Source: Vicinamibacteria bacterium
GTDB taxonomy: Bacteria; Acidobacteriota; Vicinamibacteria; Fen-336; JAGNNV01
DNA length: 64,000 nucleotides
NCBI GenBank assembly: GCA_019694155.1
Contig: JAIBCN010000138.1
Span: 1,832 to 65,831 of the forward strand
Direction: 5' to 3'
Part shown: positions 20,056-28,702 of the stretch, one piece after another
Position numbering within the stretch: position 1 is the first letter of the stretch
Layout of the letters: each line of letters starts with the position of its first letter
Notes under the pieces: model-generated
What the model saw: the letters and a program-made list of their open reading frames with translations, nothing else
Databases searched by the model: none
Told to the model about the DNA's origin: nothing
Translations under genes and position numbers: made by a program

Positions 20056-21423
20056 GCCGCCTGGGTCTGGAGAACCGCGCGCTTCTCAACCTCGCGCAGC
20101 AGGGTCTGCAGGAAGGTCTCGTAGCGATGGGTGATCGGCTTGAGCGCGGTCAGCGAATTGCACTTGAGGATCTCGACGAAGAACTGCTCGAAGGCCGACC
20201 AGTCGCGGTACATCAGGTGCCGGAGCTGCCGGTCGTAGAACTTCGCGGTGCCCTCGCGCAAGGCCACCGCGGTCACTTCGTCGCCTCGCGCGTAGAAGTC
20301 GCGAACGGAGCGCAGCAGGTTCTCGAGCGCCTTCTTGAGGGCGAGCGAACGCTCTTTCTTGGTGACGAAGTCGGTGAAGACTCCGACTCCGGTCAGGCTG
20401 GCATCGAGGCTCGAGGCGAGCTGCACCACGGACTGCTGGAAGCAGTCCTTGAGGATGCCATGCGCGTTCTCGATGCGTGCGCGGACGTTGTCGGACGACT
20501 GGGCGGCGGAGAGGTCGGCGAGCTCGACGCGGACCACCTTGTTGATGTCGATGGGCATGCAGTACGCGATGGAGTCGCAGGCGTCGCGCACCGCGCTGCC
20601 GTGGGGCAGGGCTACGAGAGCCCGCTTCTCGATGTAGGAGACGAGCTGGCGAGCCTCGGAGATCACGAGGGAGAAGACGCAGGCCGCGGTCTTGACGCGC
20701 TCATCGGGCAGGCCGTCCGGGTCGGCGAAGTCGAGGTACTTGAGCATGCGGAACAGCTCGAGGAAGACGCGCGCCACCGGGTTTCGCTCGTTGGGATCCT
20801 CGAGACCGCGAATGAGGCCCGCGATCTCCGGGCTCGTCACCTTGTCGAACATCGGCTTGAACTTCTTGTCGAGCAGGGCGGCAAGCGGCGGGTTGCGCCG
20901 AAGCTCGCGCGAGAAGATGCGCCCCACCGACTCGAAGATCTGCAGCGGCGTGCGCTGCGCCCGCAGCGACTCGGCGATCAGGAGGCGGACATCCTCGAGC
21001 GTGCCGCGCAGCACCAGCAGGCCCGCCTCGGGCCGGGCGTCGCGGAGCAGCCGCTCGAAGTAAGGATCGGCGCTTTCCGACTCACGGACGAAGCCATCGA
21101 CGTAGCGCTTGAACTGAGCCTCGTCCACCCGGTCGCGCGGCAGCAGCTGCGAGCAGAGCTGACCGACCCGGAGCAGGCAAAGATCCACGACGGTCAGCTC
21201 GGCCGACCAGTCCCGGTAGGGCAGCTCATTGATCTGCTCGTCGGAGAGGGCGTGGTGGGCGGGCTTGAAGAACCGGTCGAGGGCCCGCAGCCACATCTCG
21301 AGCTCGAACAGCTCTTTCTTGCGGCCGGAATCCCCCGCTCCTTCCATCCAGGCGCGAACCTGGGTGCGGAGGTAGTCCGACCCCATCCGGGCCTGTCGAT
21401 CCGTGCGTTCGGTCTCTTCCATG
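20052..21423 (-). CDS. hypothetical protein
   Basis: Long ORF with no recognised domain. Start chosen at ATG (MEETER) with a GGGGAAG upstream; the track ORF extends to 21704. Confidence 0.5.
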
Positions 21424-21482
21424 CTTCCCCGGCTGATTGTATCGAAGCTCAGGACTCCCTTGTCGATTAGACTCCCGAAACA

Positions 21483-21659
21483 ATGGCTTTCGAAGACTCG
21501 CGCGAAAAGATGGGCCTCGTCTCCGAACTCTGGGCTTTCATGAAGGTCCGGAAGAAGTGGTGGCTCGGTCCGATCGTGGTGATGCTGGTGCTGCTCGGCC
21601 TGCTGATCGTCCTGACCCAGGGCACGGCGGTGGCCCCGTTCATCTACACCCTGTTCTAG
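21483..21659 (+). CDS. 58-aa single-TM membrane protein (DUF5989/SxtK-like family), not in ORF track
   Basis: MAFEDSREKMGLVSELWAFMKVRKKWWLGPIVVMLVLLGLLIVLTQGTAVAPFIYTLF. The RKKWWL...APFIYTLF pattern is conserved in a widespread small-protein family. Divergent from the 20052..21423 gene. Confidence 0.5.
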   Translation: MAFEDSREKMGLVSELWAFMKVRKKWWLGPIVVMLVLLGLLIVLTQGTAVAPFIYTLF

Positions 21660-21874
21660 CGGAGGCCGCCCAAGTCCAGGCGGTCTCTCGTTGCTCAGCT
21701 CCACGCCCCCGCGCTCCGGGCGGCGTTCCTGCGAGCTTCTGGTATCGCCGCGGGACCCGAACGAAGCGCTGAAGCGCGCTCACCGAAGCCCGGCGGGCTC
21801 CATGTTCGAACCTGCCTGACTCACTCGGGAAATCCGAACGTCGTGAAGAACCCGCCGAACCCAGGCCCGGCGGA

Positions 21875-21920
21875 TAAAAAGGGAGCGTTCAAAGGGGGCC
21901 GGACCAGTGTCCGACCCCCC
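21875..21920 (-). terminator. putative intrinsic terminator of the TonB-receptor gene
   Basis: On the minus strand, GGGGGUCGGAC-acug-GUCCGGCCCCC (11-bp stem with one G-U pair), then UUUG....CUUUUUA. Confidence 0.35.
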
Positions 21921-21927
21921 TGGACTC

Positions 21928-24483
21928 CTAGAACGTGAAGCGGGTGTCCAGAGTCACGGAGCGACGGAGGATGTCGCCGTAGACGTGCTGCTGGATCTTC
22001 TTGTCGGCCAGGTTCGTGCCCTTCAGGGTGGTGACGATCTTGCCGTTGTTCCACTTCACGCCGAAGTTGGCGTTGATCATGGTGAACGCCTCGGTGTAGC
22101 CGTGGAAGGGCTGCGAGAGAACGTCGGTCCACAGGGCCTTGTCCTGGTAGTTGGCCTGGACCGTACCAACGAAGCGAGCGTAGTTCCAGTTGAGACTCGC
22201 GTTCAGCCGGTTCTTCGCGGGCAGGGACAGTTCGCTGTCCAGGTACGGGATCTGGCCGGCGTCGGCGGTAAGGGCCTTGGGCCGCTTCTGGTAGGAGTAG
22301 TTGGCGGTGAGCGACCACTCGTTGTTGAACCGGTGATCGAGGGACAACTCGAGACCGTCCTGTTGAAGCGGGCCCAGGTTCAGGTAGGTGGTCACAGTTC
22401 GCGGGAACACGAATGACCGGCCAACGAGAGGGGAGATCTGATTCAAGAACCCAAGGAGCGCGCCGGGAACAGGCACTCCGGTGACCGTGATCCCCATGAG
22501 CGCCGGCACATTGGCAGTCGTGTACACGTCGAAGGGCGGCACACCGCGAGGGTACAGACGATCGAGTTCCGGGGAAGTGCCGGGAACGATGGTCGAGAAG
22601 TTGATGTTGTTGTCGGTCTTGTTCCGATAAACCGCTATCCCGATCGTCGTCTTGTCGTTGAACGTCCCCGTGTATGCGGCCTCAAATGCCGTCACCGACT
22701 CTTCCTTCAGGTTCGGGTTTCCCACATTCTTCACTCTCAGGAGGAAGGGCGTGGTCAGCGCGGGTCGCACGGAGGCCGGGGCCAAGGGCGCGAGCGCGCC
22801 CAGGGCGCGAAGATCCACGGGCGTCGGGTTGAAGATGTCCTGTTCGAGGTAGTTATTGATCGCGGAGGGCGACCGGAAGGCCTTGTTGAAGGAGAAGCGC
22901 AGCGACTGGTCGTTCGCCGGCTTGAACATGACGGTAGCGCGCGGCGAGAAGACCGCCTTGTCGATGTTCCCGAACTTGTCCACGCGCCCGCCCACGGTGA
23001 GGCGGAACTTGTCCTTGAAGTACTCCTCCTGGATGTAGCCGCCGAATTCGTTGCGGTCTTTGGCGTTTGGCGCGAGGGTAATGTCGAACTGGTTGCGGCG
23101 CGCGTTGCCGCCGTAGGAGAGAACGTTGTTCTCCTTGATGATCTTGGAATGACCGACCTCGAAGTCGTAGGTCTGCGTCTTGAAGTTGAGCTTCACCTGG
23201 CCCAGGGTCTCCGGGTCCACGAGGAGCAGGTTCGGGGCCTCCACGTCGAGGAGATTGGCGAACCCGGCCACCTTGAAAGCACCCTTGGTGTAGCCCACCC
23301 GCCCGTAGCTCATGTACGAGCCGCTCTGGATGTTGAAGGGCCCAATGCCGGTATGAATGAGCCCAGTGGTGCCGGAGTACCCTGCCGAGTAGGTCACCCG
23401 GCCGCCGTTGGCCATGTCCTGATCCAGGCGCGCGTCGAACTTCGGCTGCTTGGTTCCGTCGTTCTGGAAGTTACCGGTGCCCGCGCCGTCGACGGGGTAC
23501 GGAGCGCCGCCTACGCAGTTGGCGCCCACGCCAGTCGCCACGTTGCAGACCGGGTTCGAGATGCGGGGATCAGCGATCACCGGGACTCGGCCGGTCGGAC
23601 GAGAGTAGGCATCGGACTTCGCATAGCCCGCCGAGATGCGAGTAGACCACTTGTCGTTGATGGCACGCGCGAAGGAGATCCCTCCCCCAAAGGAGTAGTG
23701 ATCGGATGTGCCCTCGCGCGATCCTCCCTTGGTCCCGAAGCTTCCGCCGGTGAGATAAACGGTCGTGCTCGGATTCTCGCGCGGCGTCTTGGTCAAAATG
23801 TTCACGACGCCCGTCAGAGCGTTGGCGCCCCAGACTGCCGAGGCCGGACCGCGGACCACTTCGATCTGCTTGATGTCCGAGGGGTTGCTCGGAACGAGGT
23901 CCCAAAGCACCAGGCCGAAGAAGTCCAGGTAGATCGACCGGCCGTCGAGGAGCACGAGGGTTGAGGTGGCGAGGGTGGACGTGCCCTGGCGCATGCTGAG
24001 GTTCACGTCGCGGGCGGAGGTCTGAATCACGTTCACGCCGGGGACATTTCGCAGAATATCGCCGAAGTTCTGGCTGGGAGCGGTCGTCAGGGTCGCCGGA
24101 GCGACTACCGACATGGTGACCGGCGCGTTGGCGAGGGTCGTCTCCACTTTCGAGGCGGAAACGATGACCGTCTCGCCCATCCCCGCGATCTTCAGGGACA
24201 CCGTGATCGCGGCGCCGGCCGCCACGCCGTCCTGATGATGGGTGGCGAAGCCCGGCATCGAGACCGTGACCTTGTAAGGCCCGTTCCCGGCGGGGACCAC
24301 GCTGAACTTGCCGTTCGATCCCGCGAAGCCCGTCTTGCTCCCGCCGGATCCGGCGACAACCACGGTGGCGCCGGGAAGGCTTCCGCCCGTCTCGTCGGTA
24401 ACCGCGCCGGTTATGGCCGCGCCTTGTGCAAAGACCGATACGGCCAGGAACATAACCGCTGCCGCGGCGAGAATCTTTCTCAT
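21928..24483 (-). CDS. TonB-dependent receptor with N-terminal carboxypeptidase-regulatory-like domain
   Basis: Signal peptide MRKILAAAAVMFLAVSVFA. CarbopepD_reg-like beta-sandwich (ITGAVTDETGGSLPGATVVV), plug (TonB box region) and a 22-strand barrel with a C-terminal TF. Confidence 0.85.
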   Translation of the reverse strand: MRKILAAAAVMFLAVSVFAQGAAITGAVTDETGGSLPGATVVVAGSGGSKTGFAGSNGKFSVVPAGNGPYKVTVSMPGFATHHQDGVAAGAAITVSLKIAGMGETVIVSASKVETTLANAPVTMSVVAPATLTTAPSQNFGDILRNVPGVNVIQTSARDVNLSMRQGTSTLATSTLVLLDGRSIYLDFFGLVLWDLVPSNPSDIKQIEVVRGPASAVWGANALTGVVNILTKTPRENPSTTVYLTGGSFGTKGGSREGTSDHYSFGGGISFARAINDKWSTRISAGYAKSDAYSRPTGRVPVIADPRISNPVCNVATGVGANCVGGAPYPVDGAGTGNFQNDGTKQPKFDARLDQDMANGGRVTYSAGYSGTTGLIHTGIGPFNIQSGSYMSYGRVGYTKGAFKVAGFANLLDVEAPNLLLVDPETLGQVKLNFKTQTYDFEVGHSKIIKENNVLSYGGNARRNQFDITLAPNAKDRNEFGGYIQEEYFKDKFRLTVGGRVDKFGNIDKAVFSPRATVMFKPANDQSLRFSFNKAFRSPSAINNYLEQDIFNPTPVDLRALGALAPLAPASVRPALTTPFLLRVKNVGNPNLKEESVTAFEAAYTGTFNDKTTIGIAVYRNKTDNNINFSTIVPGTSPELDRLYPRGVPPFDVYTTANVPALMGITVTGVPVPGALLGFLNQISPLVGRSFVFPRTVTTYLNLGPLQQDGLELSLDHRFNNEWSLTANYSYQKRPKALTADAGQIPYLDSELSLPAKNRLNASLNWNYARFVGTVQANYQDKALWTDVLSQPFHGYTEAFTMINANFGVKWNNGKIVTTLKGTNLADKKIQQHVYGDILRRSVTLDTRFTF

Positions 24484-24589
24484 AACTCCTCGTGAGATCT
24501 GTTTAGGCCCGGGGACGATCCCCAACGCTTTTGGTTGCGACTGTCATACCACAATTCGCTGACGGTTGGATCCGGCAAATCGTGCGAGG

Positions 24590-26011
24590 TCAGTCGCGCA
24601 AGGCGCCGAGCAGCTTCTCGTGGATGCCGCCGAAGCCGCCGTTCGACAGGACCAGAACGTGGTCGCCTTCGCGAAGCCGCCCGCGGAGGTCCGCCACGAT
24701 CTCGTCCACGGCGCGGATGAATCGCGCGCGCCCGCCCTCGCGGTTGATGGACGCGACGAGGGTTTCCTCGCTGATTCTCTGGGCCTCGGGGACCTTTCCC
24801 GGCAGATGGGCGGCCGCGATCACGACCTCATCGGCGGCCGCAAAGGCGCGGGCGAAGTCCCCTTCGAATACCTTCGTGCGCGACGTGTAGGACCTCGGCT
24901 CGAAGATCGTCACCACCCGCTCGCCCGTTGCGATCCGGGACCGGAGCGCGGCCATGGTCTCGCGCACGGCGGTCGGGTGATGGGCGAAGTCGTCATAGAC
25001 GGTGATGCCGCGAGCCTGACCCCGGACTTCCAGGCGCCTCTTGACGCCGCGGAATGCCGCGAAGGCCGCGACGATCCGGTCGAAGGGCACGCCGGCCTCG
25101 AGGGCCGCGATGGTGGCCGCGAGGGCGTTGCGCACGTTGTGGTTTCCCGACGCGCTCATGGCGATGCGGCCGACCGGCCCGCCGTCGTGCGTGACCTCGA
25201 ACGACGCGCCCTGGGCCGAGAGGACGACATCCCGCGCCTGCCATGAAGCGGCCGCCATGTTCCCAAGCGCGAAGGTGGCGACGCGGGATTTCGCGCGGCC
25301 CAGGATCTCGACGAGACCCGGGCTCTCGACGCCCGCGATGAGAAGACCCCGGCGCGGGATCACGCTCATCAGCCGCGTGAAGGCGAGCTGCACCGCGGCG
25401 AGATCCGCGTAGATGTCCGCGTGGTCGAACTCGAGGTTGCCGATGATCGCGATGTCCGGGAGATAGTGGACAAACTTCGGGCGCGTGTCGAAGAACGCCG
25501 AGTCGTACTCGTCTCCCTCGACCACGAAATGACGGCCCGACCCGAGGCCGTAGCTCGTCCCGAGGTCGAGGCTCACACCGCCGATCAGGAAGGAGGGGTC
25601 GAAGCCCGCGTGCCGGAGGATGTGGGTCAGCATCGACGTGGTCGTGGTCTTGCCGTGGGTTCCCGCGACCACCAGAGAGACGCGATCGCGCAGAAACTCG
25701 TCGGCGAGGAGCGCCGCCTGCGAGGTGTACCTCCGCTTCGCATCGAGGACGGCCTCCACCTCGGGATTGCCCCGAGAGAGCGCATTGCCGATCACCACCA
25801 GGTCGGCGTCCTTCGGCACGTTCGACTCCGCGTAGGGCGAGGCCACGGGCACGCCCATGCGCGCGAGTTCGTCGGACATCGGCGGGTAGACATCCTGGTC
25901 GGAGCCCGTCACCTCGTGCCCTTTCGCCTTGAGCAGACCGGCGAGGGACGCGGTCGCGGTGCCGCAGACTCCGGAGATGTGGATTTTCACGGGCCGTCCG
26001 ACGCTATTCAT
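24590..26011 (-). CDS. mpl: UDP-N-acetylmuramate:L-alanyl-gamma-D-glutamyl-meso-DAP ligase (murein peptide ligase)
   Basis: IHISGVCGTATASLAGLL and GTHGKTTTTSM are Mur-ligase motifs. Length and the ldcA/nagZ context fit. Confidence 0.85.
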   Translation of the reverse strand: MNSVGRPVKIHISGVCGTATASLAGLLKAKGHEVTGSDQDVYPPMSDELARMGVPVASPYAESNVPKDADLVVIGNALSRGNPEVEAVLDAKRRYTSQAALLADEFLRDRVSLVVAGTHGKTTTTSMLTHILRHAGFDPSFLIGGVSLDLGTSYGLGSGRHFVVEGDEYDSAFFDTRPKFVHYLPDIAIIGNLEFDHADIYADLAAVQLAFTRLMSVIPRRGLLIAGVESPGLVEILGRAKSRVATFALGNMAAASWQARDVVLSAQGASFEVTHDGGPVGRIAMSASGNHNVRNALAATIAALEAGVPFDRIVAAFAAFRGVKRRLEVRGQARGITVYDDFAHHPTAVRETMAALRSRIATGERVVTIFEPRSYTSRTKVFEGDFARAFAAADEVVIAAAHLPGKVPEAQRISEETLVASINREGGRARFIRAVDEIVADLRGRLREGDHVLVLSNGGFGGIHEKLLGALRD

Positions 26012-26972
26012 CCATCTCGATCACCATGTCCTCGGTCACGCCGAGTTCGGTGAGATGCAGCCGGCCCGCGAGATTCGGGGTGGGCAAGGGCGGCCCGCCC
26101 TGATGCGGCTCCTCGGGGGCGAGAAGCACCTTTGTCCCGAGCGGAAGAGTGAGGACCGGCTGGTCGCAGTGTCCCATGGGCAGACCGATCGCCACCGGGC
26201 CCTCGAAGCCCTTGAGGGCGTCGAGAAGCACCTCCTCGAGGGTGAAGCCATCATCCTCGGCGGCCTCGCATTTCGCCATGGTCCCGAAGATGATCCCCTG
26301 CACATCCCGGAGCGACTGCGAGTCGCGCAACTGGGTGAGCATGCGGTGGAGCTTGTAGGGCGGCTCCCCCACGTCCTCGATGAGGAGAATCGAGCGGCCG
26401 GTCCAGGGAAGCGCCCACTCCGTTCCCGCGAGCGAGGCGAGCAGGGACAGACAGCCGCCCGAGAGGACTCCCTCCGCCTGTCCCGGCTTGAGAAAGCGCA
26501 CGGGAATCGAATGCTCGGTGCGAACGCCGGTGACCTCTCCGATGAAGCTGTTGAGGTCGAGGCCATCGTTCGCCATCTCGACGCCGACCATGGGCCCGTG
26601 GAAGGTGACCCAGCCGTTGCGCTGGAGCCAGGCGTGGATGGCGGTGACATCCGAGTAACCGCAGAACACTCGCGGCTCGACCCGGGCCGCTTCGAGCCAG
26701 GGCAGGAGCGATGTCGCTCCTTCCCCGCCGCGCGCGCAGATCACGCCGTGGATCTCGGGGTCGGTGAGCGACCAGATGAGATCGGCGAGCCTCTCGTCGT
26801 CGAGACCCGCCTGGTGCAGATTCCGCTTGAACAGGTTCTCGCCCGCCACGGGCTCAAACCCCATGCCGCGCAGGCAATCGAGACCCGCCTCGACCCGGGA
26901 CTTCACCACTCGCCCCGCGGGTGCAATCACGGCCACGCGCGAACCGGGCCCGAGCGCCTTCGGACGGATCAC
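26004..26972 (-). CDS. ldcA: LD-carboxypeptidase (muramoyltetrapeptide carboxypeptidase)
   Basis: S66 family: GYSDVTAIH (Ser nucleophile) and a C-terminal His/Glu region. 322 aa. Confidence 0.85.
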   Translation of the reverse strand: MIRPKALGPGSRVAVIAPAGRVVKSRVEAGLDCLRGMGFEPVAGENLFKRNLHQAGLDDERLADLIWSLTDPEIHGVICARGGEGATSLLPWLEAARVEPRVFCGYSDVTAIHAWLQRNGWVTFHGPMVGVEMANDGLDLNSFIGEVTGVRTEHSIPVRFLKPGQAEGVLSGGCLSLLASLAGTEWALPWTGRSILLIEDVGEPPYKLHRMLTQLRDSQSLRDVQGIIFGTMAKCEAAEDDGFTLEEVLLDALKGFEGPVAIGLPMGHCDQPVLTLPLGTKVLLAPEEPHQGGPPLPTPNLAGRLHLTELGVTEDMVIEMDE

Positions 26973-28066
26973 AGGGATACCCCGGCGATCTCCGCGGCAA
27001 GGAGCCTGGACTCGGTCCTCCCCGCGGCGGCGATGGCCGCCTTCGCAGTGGGTTCGACGTAGGGCAGCGCGTACTTGTCGATCATGGAGTCGATCCTCAG
27101 CAGAGAGTCGTCGATGTCCTTCCGTCGCAGCTCCCCGCTCTCCTCCGCCCTGATCAGGGCCTCGATCACCGCCACCTGCGCCTCCTCATGTTCGCACACC
27201 GGCAGCACATCGCAGCCTGCCTTCGCGGCGAGAACCGCGGAAATCGCGTATGGCCAGTTCGCGGACACCGCCTTCATCTCGAGGTCGTCGGCCACGATGA
27301 CGCCCTTGTAGCCGAGCTCGTCGCGCAGCAGTGTGGTGACCACCTTTGGCGACAAGGTCGCCGGGACCTTCTCGTCCAGCTCGCGGACCACGATGTGCGC
27401 GGTCATGATTGTCGCTACGTTCGCGGCGATCGCCTTCTTGAAAGGCCGAAGCTCGATGTCTTCGAGGCGCGACCGCGAATGCTCGACCACGGGCAGGTCC
27501 AGATGCGAGTCCTTGTCGGTGTCGCCATGGCCCGGGAAGTGCTTCGCGCAGGCCGCCACACCCGCTCCCTGCATGGCTTCGATGAAGGCGACGGCGAGCC
27601 TGCCCACCTGCTCGGGATCGCGCGAGAACGACCGGTCCCCGATGATGGGGTTGTTCGGATTGGTGTCGACATCGACCACCGGCGCGAAATCGAGGCCGAT
27701 GCCGCAGGCCTTGAGTTCCGCGGCGATCGCCTCGGCCATGCGGCGGGTCAGTTTCTCGGAGTCGAGATCGCCCAGACGGCGGATGGGCGGCCACACCGTC
27801 CAGGGCGCCCGAAGCCTCTGGACTCGTCCGCCCTCCTGGTCGATGGCGATGAGCAGGGGCCGCGCATAGCCCGCATCGAGCGCGAGGCTCTGGAGTTCGC
27901 GCACGAGGTCCGCCACCTGCGCGGGGCTGTCGACGTTTCGCTTGAAGAGGATCAGCGACTGGACGCGGAAGTCACGGATCAGCCGCTTCGCATGATCGTT
28001 CGCGATGTGGCCGTCGAATCCGGCCATGACCCGGCCGCCGGCCCGGAAGATTCGGTCTTTGCTCAT
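26969..28066 (-). CDS. nagZ: beta-N-acetylhexosaminidase
   Basis: GH3 NagZ motifs: KHFPGHGDTDKDSH and IVADDLEM. Confidence 0.85.
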   Translation of the reverse strand: MSKDRIFRAGGRVMAGFDGHIANDHAKRLIRDFRVQSLILFKRNVDSPAQVADLVRELQSLALDAGYARPLLIAIDQEGGRVQRLRAPWTVWPPIRRLGDLDSEKLTRRMAEAIAAELKACGIGLDFAPVVDVDTNPNNPIIGDRSFSRDPEQVGRLAVAFIEAMQGAGVAACAKHFPGHGDTDKDSHLDLPVVEHSRSRLEDIELRPFKKAIAANVATIMTAHIVVRELDEKVPATLSPKVVTTLLRDELGYKGVIVADDLEMKAVSANWPYAISAVLAAKAGCDVLPVCEHEEAQVAVIEALIRAEESGELRRKDIDDSLLRIDSMIDKYALPYVEPTAKAAIAAAGRTESRLLAAEIAGVSL

Positions 28067-28083
28067 CGTGCCTTAACCGGGGC

Positions 28084-28536
28084 TCAGGCGAGCCGCGCTT
28101 TGACGGCGTCACTCACCTTCTTGCCGTCGACGATCTTTCCCGTTTCCTTGAGGGCGGCGAGGGCGGCCTTCATGACCGCGCCCATGTCCTTCGCGGTGGG
28201 GGAACCGAGGGCGGACGCGGCCTTGTCCACTTCCGCCTTGATCTCGTCGTCGGTGGCCGAGGCGGGCAGGAAGGCCTTGAGAATCGCGAGTTCGGCCTGC
28301 TCCTTCTCGACGAGTTCGGTGCGGCCCGCCTTCGAGAACTGGTCGATCGAGTCCTGCCTCTGCTTGGCCAGGCTCTCGACGACCTTCTGGGCTTCGGCCT
28401 CGTCGAGGGGGGCGCGCTTGTCGATCTCCTTCTTCTTGAGTTCGGATTTGAGGAGGCGCAGCGTCTCCACGCGCGGCTGGTCCTTCGCCTTCATCGCCGA
28501 AACCGTATCGGCGGTCACTTTCTCCAGGATGGTCAT
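28084..28536 (-). CDS. GatB/YqeY domain protein
   Basis: 150 aa with the YqeY-like helical pattern (AMKAKDQPRVETLRLLKSELKKKEID...ILKAFLP). Confidence 0.8.
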   Translation of the reverse strand: MTILEKVTADTVSAMKAKDQPRVETLRLLKSELKKKEIDKRAPLDEAEAQKVVESLAKQRQDSIDQFSKAGRTELVEKEQAELAILKAFLPASATDDEIKAEVDKAASALGSPTAKDMGAVMKAALAALKETGKIVDGKKVSDAVKARLA

Positions 28537-28702
28537 GGCCGGAGGTTATCAAGGCGCGCCCCCTCCGGTCCCCGGCCCCCGGACCGGGATGGGTCATTGG
28601 GACCATTGCCACGCAGGGCGTCTCCGGGTCTACACTTCGAGTCGCGGTGGCCCGCGCGACCACCGGAGGCTGGTTTTGGGCGTCTCGAGAAAGGCCCGGA
28701 AG

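Noticed and set aside
21355-21485. Apparent frameshifts in the 20052..21704 gene and at the thiolase N-terminus (44940)
   Set aside because: The ORF-track translations are continuous. The discrepancies fall exactly at printed line boundaries (an extra base at 21361 and 44941, a missing base at 21480). I treat them as transcription artefacts rather than pseudogenes.
26921-28700. Upstream 590 codons of the 1925-aa track ORF 26921..32698
   Set aside because: It is antisense to the well-supported ldcA, nagZ and yqeY genes with no domain content. The kinase begins at the ATG at 28703 with a TM-rich N-terminus.
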